The translations under genes were made by a program, and so were the position numbers. 64,000 nt of DNA. It comes from Candidatus Saccharimonadales bacterium. GTDB taxonomy: Bacteria > Patescibacteriota > Saccharimonadia > UBA4664 > SCTI01. The stretch covers positions 84,034 through 148,033 of the forward strand of contig DATIII010000002.1 in the NCBI GenBank assembly GCA_035479795.1, in the 5' to 3' direction. The stretch's first letter is position 1, and each line of letters starts with the position of its first letter. This document shows positions 57,920-64,000 of the stretch, in pieces. The notes under the pieces are model-generated. The model did no database searches and was not told where the DNA came from. It saw nothing but the letters and a program-made list of their open reading frames with translations.

Positions 57920-59671
57920 ATGCAAAACGTCTTCAAGGTCCTGGGTTACGTCAAACACATTTGGCGACAGATCGCCTTGGTCGCAGCCATCAGTATTTTC
58001 ACCACTGCCCTGTCAGCTATCCAGCCATATGGCTACAAGTTGATCGTCGACGAGCTGGTTAAAACCGCCAGCAATCATCGAACCGATTCAAAGTTAATTT
58101 GGCTGGCCATCGGTGCCCTGCTAGTGCTCCGGGTGGTTTCTTCGATTGCCAATTATTTTTCCAGCCTACTTGGCAACCGCGTCTATTCTCAAGTATTCAT
58201 TAGCCTCCGCGATAGTGTTTTTCGGCGATTAACTACCCTTTCGCTCGATTATTTTGAAAAGAATCGGACTGGCGAGATCATGCAGCGCGCTAGTGGCAAT
58301 GTGGCCGAATTGGCGAACTGGGTTTACTCCACCGCCGACGGCTTTTTAAGCATGAATCTAACCATTATATTTGCCTTGGTTCTAATATTCGTTGTCGATT
58401 GGCGGGCCGGCATTGTCATGAGCATTGCCGTGGCCTTATTTATGGCCCAGCAGGTCCCCACCTTGCGACAAACCCGGCCGATGGGTAAAAAAAGCCGGGA
58501 AGAAATGGAGCGGGCCGGCGGTTATTTGCAGGAAACCATCACCCATATTCATACCGTGCGTAGCTTTGGCGGCGAACCGGGCGCCATTGCCAACCACCTT
58601 GAGGCCATTAAATCCTGGCGCCAGCTGCAATACGATCGGTTGGTTATATTACAGCGCAGCATTCTCTTCCGGCAGCTGACAAATAGTGTGGCCATCATCA
58701 TTACCTTTGGCATTATTACCCTAGGCGCCCTGAATGGCACTCACACGGCTGGCGACATTCTGCTGGTCTCACTCTACCTCCAGCAGATCACCCAAAACAT
58801 CTGGTCACTCGGCCGGTTTATCGTCCAGACCAATGAAATCGACATTACCGCCGAGCGGATCGTGGGCATGCTGGAGATCAAACCGACAGTCGTGGATGGC
58901 CCGGACGCGCGGGAATTGACCGAACTAAAAACGATTATGTTCAAGGACGTTAGCTTCCACTACCCAGGCAAGCGGCGTAAGGTACTGCAAAATATTAATT
59001 TCCAGATTGATCCCGGGCAGAGTCTGGCTCTGGTCGGGCCCAGCGGTACCGGCAAGACCACCATTACCAAGCTGCTGCTGCGATTCTATGAGCCGACGGA
59101 CGGTGAAATTTTAATCAACGATGAACCGATTAGAAACTTCACCCAGGATTCAATTCGCGAAAAGATGGGTGTGGTTATGCAGGACGTAGCCCTCTTTAAT
59201 GACACCGTGGAAGCCAATCTTAAATTAGCCCAGCCCGAGGCCACTCACGCCGACGTCATCCGGGCTGCCGAGCAGGCCCACGCCAATGTGTTTATCGAAA
59301 AGCTGCCAGAAAAATACAAAGCCCTCGTTGGTGAACGAGGGGTTAAGCTTTCCGGCGGTGAAAAACAACGGGTGGCGATTGCCCGGGCCATTTTAAAGAA
59401 TCCTCAACTGATTATTCTCGATGAGGCTACTAGCGCCTTGGATAGCGAGTCTGAGCATCACGTTCAAGCCGGCTTAAGCGAGTTAATGGAGGGTCGCTCT
59501 TCCGTCATCATCGCTCATCGACTCTCCACAGTTATGAAAGCCGATCAAATATTAGTGCTAAAAGATAATAAAATAGTCGAACGCGGTACTCACACCGATC
59601 TCGCCGACAAATCTGGCGGGCTGTATGCCAAGCTATTTAAGCTCCAGACCGAAGGGTTTGTTAAAGCTTAG
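57920..59671 (+). CDS. ABC transporter, fused permease/ATPase (type I exporter, MsbA-like)
   Basis: Six-helix transmembrane domain, then GPSGTGKTT, LSGGEKQRVAIARA and ILDEATSALD motifs. Confidence 0.88.
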   Translation: MQNVFKVLGYVKHIWRQIALVAAISIFTTALSAIQPYGYKLIVDELVKTASNHRTDSKLIWLAIGALLVLRVVSSIANYFSSLLGNRVYSQVFISLRDSVFRRLTTLSLDYFEKNRTGEIMQRASGNVAELANWVYSTADGFLSMNLTIIFALVLIFVVDWRAGIVMSIAVALFMAQQVPTLRQTRPMGKKSREEMERAGGYLQETITHIHTVRSFGGEPGAIANHLEAIKSWRQLQYDRLVILQRSILFRQLTNSVAIIITFGIITLGALNGTHTAGDILLVSLYLQQITQNIWSLGRFIVQTNEIDITAERIVGMLEIKPTVVDGPDARELTELKTIMFKDVSFHYPGKRRKVLQNINFQIDPGQSLALVGPSGTGKTTITKLLLRFYEPTDGEILINDEPIRNFTQDSIREKMGVVMQDVALFNDTVEANLKLAQPEATHADVIRAAEQAHANVFIEKLPEKYKALVGERGVKLSGGEKQRVAIARAILKNPQLIILDEATSALDSESEHHVQAGLSELMEGRSSVIIAHRLSTVMKADQILVLKDNKIVERGTHTDLADKSGGLYAKLFKLQTEGFVKA

Positions 59672-59702
59672 TCGCGTACTCAAAGAAACTTAAATTGGGA
59701 TA

Positions 59703-59735
59703 CTGCCCCAGGAACCTCCTTGGTTCCTGGGGCAG
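59703..59735. terminator. 14-bp perfect-stem hairpin between convergent ABC exporter and module-3 operon
   Basis: CTGCCCCAGGAACC tcctt GGTTCCTGGGGCAG, read directly. No U-run on the plus strand and a weak one on the minus strand. Confidence 0.6.
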
Positions 59736-59759
59736 CTGGATACAACTCCCGTTGGGTGG

Positions 59760-60380
59760 CTAGCCGCCGAGCTTCTGCAGCTTGGCCAGGAAGCCCGACT
59801 TGGGCTTCGGGGCCGGGTCGCCTGCCGGCCGGGACCGGATGGGTTCCGGCTCGGGCTCGACTGCCCTCCGGGGCCGAGCCGCAGGGGGCGGCTCCGTCGT
59901 CCGGATGTCGTCGAGGATCAGGCGCTGCCGCGGGCCGCGAAGGCGGTCTGCGATTTCAGCATCCTCCCGAGCGCGACGACTGCGTTCTGCCTCAAGCGAG
60001 GCGTGCTGGTCCTCCAACCTAATGAGCTCAGCTTCGAGCTCATTGAAGGTCCGTGTCGCAGCGATAGCCGCATTCTCGGCGGCCGCCACCTCTTCCCGCT
60101 TTGAGAGAATCCTCTCGCGCAGGCTTGGAGCCGGAGCGGGATCAGCCGCCGGGGCGGCCGGCGTGACGAACGCGAAATCCGCTCCGGGGAAAGCCGGAGC
60201 TGCAGCCACGGGAGCCGGCCCAGGTGTCGGTGCGGCAGCCGGAGCGGGCTCCGGCTGGGCGGCCACAGGGGCCGCAGCGGGTGCCGAAGCCCCCGAGTCG
60301 TTGTCGGGCACAGGGATGGAAACGGCAGCGTCTGCTGTCGCCTCGGCCTCGGCCACGATCGCTTCGATGTCGCTCGACAT
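59760..60380 (-). CDS. Hypothetical Ala/Pro-rich protein with central coiled coil (module 3, second gene)
   Basis: AGGAGGG RBS 4 nt upstream of the ATG. 206 aa. Low-complexity AP-rich N-terminal half, then a REEVAAAENA...LEAELIRLEDQHASLEAE coiled coil. Confidence 0.5.
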   Translation of the reverse strand: MSSDIEAIVAEAEATADAAVSIPVPDNDSGASAPAAAPVAAQPEPAPAAAPTPGPAPVAAAPAFPGADFAFVTPAAPAADPAPAPSLRERILSKREEVAAAENAAIAATRTFNELEAELIRLEDQHASLEAERSRRAREDAEIADRLRGPRQRLILDDIRTTEPPPAARPRRAVEPEPEPIRSRPAGDPAPKPKSGFLAKLQKLGG

Positions 60381-60388
60381 CAGCCCTC

Positions 60389-61318
60389 CTAGTCGTTGAC
60401 CAGCAGGCCGAGTTCAGCCCGCTTCTCGTTTTTCAGGATCTCCGCCCTGGCCTTGATTTCCCTGGCCTTGGCGGGGTACTTCGCGATCTGGCCGGCAATG
60501 GCCAGATCGAACTCCTTGACCCACTCCACGAACGCCTCCTTGCGGGCGACGTGCTTGGGATGGGTCTCGAGGTGCTGAGCCACGAGCCGCACCAGAAGGT
60601 ACGGCACATCCGCGATGCCCGACACCAGGTTCTCCCAGATGTCGGAACGAGAGTCGAAGAACGCATCTTCGCTCTCAAACCGCGGATCGCCGCAGATGAT
60701 GCACCTCGACGAGGCGCTCGCGGCAAACGACAACTGGCCCATGAGCCGGATGCGTGCGTTGAGGCAATCCCGGCAAAAACGCGGGAAAGGCGACGTGCGC
60801 ACATCCTTGCGCTGACCGCGCCTGCGAACATCCCGAGGATTGGCGATCACGTTGTGATCGCACACCCCGAGGTATTCGTAGTAGCCCTGCTGGCTCTCCT
60901 GGGCCATCGAGACCTTGGGATCGGGCGGGTTCCAGGTCGGCAGCGCCGCCTGATCCGTCTCCACCTGCTGATCGATGTCCATGAGAAGCGTCAGGTCCTG
61001 GCGAACGATCGCCTCCAGCTCGGGGTCGATCTCGGTCGAGCCGTTGACCTTCCCCTGCCGGCGAAGTGCCGGATAGGCAGTGGCGAAGTACACGGGCTTG
61101 ATGCCCCTGAGCCCTTGCGCCACGAAGCCACCCAGCAGCTTGTCGATTGTGACCTTCCGAGAAGCCTCGGACTCCAGCTTCGCGAACTCTTCGGGAGAGA
61201 TCTTGGAGCCCTCCTTCAAGCCCGAGCGCTCGAGAATGTCAGCCATCTGCTCGATGGTCAGCCCCACATCAGGGGCCACCTTGCGAGCCAGACGGTTTCC
61301 GGTTGCCGTGGTCGGCAT
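60389..61318 (-). CDS. Hypothetical 310-aa protein with Cys cluster (CDHN...CRDC...CIIC; putative zinc ribbon) (module 3, first gene)
   Basis: Start at MPTTATGN, with GGAGG 6 nt upstream. The Cys spacing was read directly. I do not recognise a family. Confidence 0.5.
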   Translation of the reverse strand: MPTTATGNRLARKVAPDVGLTIEQMADILERSGLKEGSKISPEEFAKLESEASRKVTIDKLLGGFVAQGLRGIKPVYFATAYPALRRQGKVNGSTEIDPELEAIVRQDLTLLMDIDQQVETDQAALPTWNPPDPKVSMAQESQQGYYEYLGVCDHNVIANPRDVRRRGQRKDVRTSPFPRFCRDCLNARIRLMGQLSFAASASSRCIICGDPRFESEDAFFDSRSDIWENLVSGIADVPYLLVRLVAQHLETHPKHVARKEAFVEWVKEFDLAIAGQIAKYPAKAREIKARAEILKNEKRAELGLLVND

Positions 61319-61540
61319 TGAACCTCCAGGTTGGAGAGAGATTCGCCAGTCGTAGGTCGGCGACACCTTCTAGGGATCGCCTTCCGGCGACGGGTTACTA
61401 CTCGTCTCTTAGAGGAGACGACCGGTTACAGCATGTTTCGGGTGTGTATCCAAGGCCTTTTAAGGGCCTTTGGGTACGAAACTTTATCTAGATTTCAAAC
61501 TCCAACAGATGAGAAATGGGTTCCTCAAGTGCAATGGAGT

Positions 61541-61569
61541 ATATTAGCATAATTACTTTAAAAAGTCAA
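61541..61569 (-). promoter_or_regulatory. Sigma70-like promoter (TTGACT-17nt-TAATAT) 10 nt downstream of rbfA stop, oriented toward module 3
   Basis: Read on the minus strand. It would give a ~215-nt structured leader before the ATG at 61318. Confidence 0.4.
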
Positions 61570-61579
61570 TGGATAGCGC

Positions 61580-61909
61580 TTACGGTTTGCCATCCGAAGA
61601 ATCACCTTTAATCAGCCGGCTAATATGGCTGGCGTGCTCACCGCCCAGATCATGCTGGAATGTAAGCTTAGGCGTAAACTTGGTTTCCAGCCCGCCAGCC
61701 ACCGCCGCCTGTATCTCGCCACGATAGTCTTCAATAGCCTTAAACAGTGACTCGTCACCCACAATTCCAATCCATACCGTCGCCTGGCGTATATCAGGTG
61801 TGACATCAACCCGCGTCACGGTATAGCGGCCAGATTCGGGCAGCCGGGCCATCTCACCGGCCACAATCTGTTTCACTAAACTTGAGACTTTGCGAATGCG
61901 CTCGCTCAC
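61580..61909 (-). CDS. rbfA: Ribosome-binding factor A
   Basis: 109 aa with a KH-like fold, downstream of infB. Confidence 0.88.
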   Translation of the reverse strand: MSERIRKVSSLVKQIVAGEMARLPESGRYTVTRVDVTPDIRQATVWIGIVGDESLFKAIEDYRGEIQAAVAGGLETKFTPKLTFQHDLGGEHASHISRLIKGDSSDGKP

Positions 61910-63672
61910 AGGCTTCGGGCCTTCTCCTCTGTCGTGTAGAATTCTAGCCGGTCATCAATCTGGATCTTCACATCAGTCGTCAGGTTCATGCCACATTGCT
62001 CGCCTTCCACGGCCTCCTTCACCACGTTCTGTTCTTTCTGCACATTATCGACTTTACCGGTGCCAATCACCTGCTTGTCGCGCAGAATGCGCACCTGAGC
62101 GTTGGCCGTCACCTTACCCGTGGTTACCTCGCCGCCGCAAATCACATGTGTCTTGGTGGTCTTGAACACGCCGAGCACCTTGAGCTTACCCATTTCGTGC
62201 TCAATAATCTCTGGCTTCATCATCTGGCTCAGAGCGTCTCGCAGATCGTCTAGCAGCTCGTAAATAACCTTATAAAGACGGATTTGCAGGTGCTCACGGT
62301 TAGCCAACTGCTTCACGACTGATCCCATGGACACATTAAAGCCCAGGATCATGGCATTACCGGCCTTGGCAAAGGTCACGTCAGACTCCGAGATATCACC
62401 GATGCCGCTCTGCACCACCTTAATGGCCACCTCCTCATTCTTCAGCCCAGCTAGACTGTCTAGCAGAGACTCCAGTGAACCTTGTACATCAGCCTTCACC
62501 ACCACGTTCAGTTCGCTGACGTTCCCAGCCGTAATGGCGCTGGTCAGCTCGGCCGCATCAATCTTCTTCACCTTCACCATGCTTTTAATCGACGCCTGAC
62601 GCTGGCTACCAACTGCCAGATCGCGAGCTTCCTTTTCAGTTTCCACAGCCTTGAAGACATCGCCAAAGGCTGGCACCGCCTTAAAGCCAGTCACCACCGC
62701 CGGCATACCCGGGTCGGCCCGGCGGATTCGTTTGCCATGCCAATCGTCTAAGCTACGCACCTTGGCGTAGGTACCACCAGCCCCAATATAATCACCCACC
62801 TTCAGCTGACCGTTTTGAACCAGCACCGTGGCCACCGGTCCGCGACCGGTTTCAAGATGGGATTCAATAATCATGCCATCAGCCAGACCATCCGGACGAG
62901 CTCGCAGATCCTCAAGATCAGCCACCAGCAGCACCATATCGAGTAGCTTTTCGAGATTCTGGCCTGATTTAGCTGAGACATCAACCATCACTGTCTTGCC
63001 ACCCCACTCTTCAGGGATTAACTGCATATCTGATAATTCCTGCCGTACGCGGTTAGTATCGGCGCCCTCTTTATCAACCTTGTTGATCGCCACCACCATC
63101 TGCACCCCGGCTTCTTGAGCGTGCTTGATGGCTTCCTTGGTCTGGGGCTTCACGCCGTCATCAGCGGCCACCACAATAATGGCCACGTCGGTCATGCGAG
63201 CACCGTGAGCGCGGATGGCCGAAAAGGCTTCATGCCCGGGGGTATCGAGGAAGGTAATCCAGCGCTCGCCGCGCTTAATCTGGTAGGCGCCAATGTGCTG
63301 AGTAATACCCCCTGATTCGCCGGCCGCTACTTCGGTTTTGCGAATGGCATCGAGCAGCGAAGTTTTACCATGATCGACATGGCCCATGACAGCTACCACT
63401 GGCGGCCGATTAGTGCCTTCACCCTCTGGCAGCTTTTCCTTAACTGGAGCCGCCACTTCCGCCACCGGCTCGGCGACTACTTCAAACCCCAAATCACTGC
63501 CAATTATCGAAGCCGTATCAAAATCGATCTGCTCATTAATGGTGGCCATGACGCCATTCTTCATCAGCTCGCCGATCACCTTGGTAACCGGCACACCCAG
63601 CTTTTCGGCGAACTCACCCACACCAATGATTGGTGCAATCTCAACTTTGGATTTTTCGGTGGTTTCTGCCAT
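61906..63672 (-). CDS. infB: Translation initiation factor IF-2 (short N-terminus)
   Basis: G-domain motifs GHVDHGKTS and DTPGH. Confidence 0.93.
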   Translation of the reverse strand: MAETTEKSKVEIAPIIGVGEFAEKLGVPVTKVIGELMKNGVMATINEQIDFDTASIIGSDLGFEVVAEPVAEVAAPVKEKLPEGEGTNRPPVVAVMGHVDHGKTSLLDAIRKTEVAAGESGGITQHIGAYQIKRGERWITFLDTPGHEAFSAIRAHGARMTDVAIIVVAADDGVKPQTKEAIKHAQEAGVQMVVAINKVDKEGADTNRVRQELSDMQLIPEEWGGKTVMVDVSAKSGQNLEKLLDMVLLVADLEDLRARPDGLADGMIIESHLETGRGPVATVLVQNGQLKVGDYIGAGGTYAKVRSLDDWHGKRIRRADPGMPAVVTGFKAVPAFGDVFKAVETEKEARDLAVGSQRQASIKSMVKVKKIDAAELTSAITAGNVSELNVVVKADVQGSLESLLDSLAGLKNEEVAIKVVQSGIGDISESDVTFAKAGNAMILGFNVSMGSVVKQLANREHLQIRLYKVIYELLDDLRDALSQMMKPEIIEHEMGKLKVLGVFKTTKTHVICGGEVTTGKVTANAQVRILRDKQVIGTGKVDNVQKEQNVVKEAVEGEQCGMNLTTDVKIQIDDRLEFYTTEEKARSL

Positions 63673-63674
63673 TT

Positions 63675-63869
63675 CTACCTCTTTTTACCGCTTAAAAGTT
63701 TGGCGGCACATTCATCACTATCAGTGTAAGCCCCGCGGCCCGGCAGCTTGCTCGATTCGTCGCGCTGCCAACCCTCATCCGTCCGGACCCAGCGCATAAG
63801 CTCGACCTTGGGTCGACGGGTCCGGCAAATTTTACACTGCCGCACCGGAATGTGAACGGCACCGAGCAC
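63675..63869 (-). CDS. ylxR: YlxR/DUF448 family protein (nusA-infB operon RNA-binding protein)
   Basis: 64 aa. CxxC...LPGRGAY motif. GTG start. Confidence 0.8.
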   Translation of the reverse strand: MLGAVHIPVRQCKICRTRRPKVELMRWVRTDEGWQRDESSKLPGRGAYTDSDECAAKLLSGKKR

Positions 63870-63874
63870 GTGGC

Positions 63875-64000
63875 TTACTCCTTATCTTCGCTATCAGCTT
63901 TCGCCTTGGTCTTAGACTTGGTCTTTAGGCTCAAGGAAAGCTTATGGGCATCGGGGTCGACTGCGATGATCCGAAACTTCTTCTTATCGCCCATCTTCAC
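63875..64000 (-). CDS. nusA: Transcription termination/antitermination factor NusA (partial; only C-terminal end in window)
   Basis: The open frame reaches the window end. It sits in the conserved position immediately upstream of ylxR-infB-rbfA. Confidence 0.7.
   Translation of the reverse strand: MKMGDKKKFRIIAVDPDAHKLSLSLKTKSKTKAKADSEDKE

Noticed and set aside
60224-61321. 365-aa plus-strand ORF across module 3
   Set aside because: Arg/Leu-rich antisense-type composition and no RBS. The minus-strand frames have GGAGG RBSs, stop/start coupling and a coiled-coil periodicity.
59746-61452. 8-bp inverted repeat TGGATACA at both edges of module 3 as possible insertion-sequence ends
   Set aside because: It is expected by chance at about this frequency between two 200-nt flanks. 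There is no transposase and no direct-repeat target duplication.
1-64000. CRISPR arrays, rRNA, tRNA, transposases/integrases
   Set aside because: I found none on reading both strands. The only repeats are the 28-nt heptamer arrays and the terminator hairpins.

Overview
This window reads as a gene-dense, mostly minus-strand, housekeeping stretch of a reduced-genome bacterium with Gram-positive-type envelope genes (sortase plus an LPXTG-like substrate, an LCP protein, SEDS/PBP2, mreBCD). The full list of recognisable genes is in the features below; notable absences are pyrH, cdsA and dxr from the otherwise conserved rpsB-tsf-frr-uppS-rseP-proS block. I found no rRNA, tRNA or CRISPR. The backbone is roughly 48-54% GC and codes almost entirely on one strand. 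Four modules stand out at roughly 58-65% GC with long ORFs open on both strands, each carrying its own promoter-like signal and a GC-rich terminator hairpin without a U-tail: (1) 17.7-18.5 kb, two tandem paralogous small acidic proteins between rpsB and rpmE; (2) 43.8-44.8 kb, three small unknown ORFs including a GTGA-coupled pair; (3) 59.7-61.4 kb, a zinc-ribbon protein plus an Ala/Pro-rich coiled-coil protein between an ABC exporter and rbfA; (4) nrdJ itself, with nrdR-nrdJ sitting inside the conserved ftsZ...yggT-ileS division block. My inference is that these are horizontally acquired cargo from a high-GC donor, possibly an actinobacterial host if this is an epibiont (Saccharibacteria-like); I cannot assign the genome's lineage with confidence from this window. 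Other signals worth a second look: a T-box-like leader upstream of ileS, a recurrent intergenic array of four tandem heptamers (RAATYCT) at three loci, an intrinsic terminator inside the greA leader, NrdR-box-like half-sites over the nrdR promoter, and a 527-nt non-coding gap with a plus-strand terminator.
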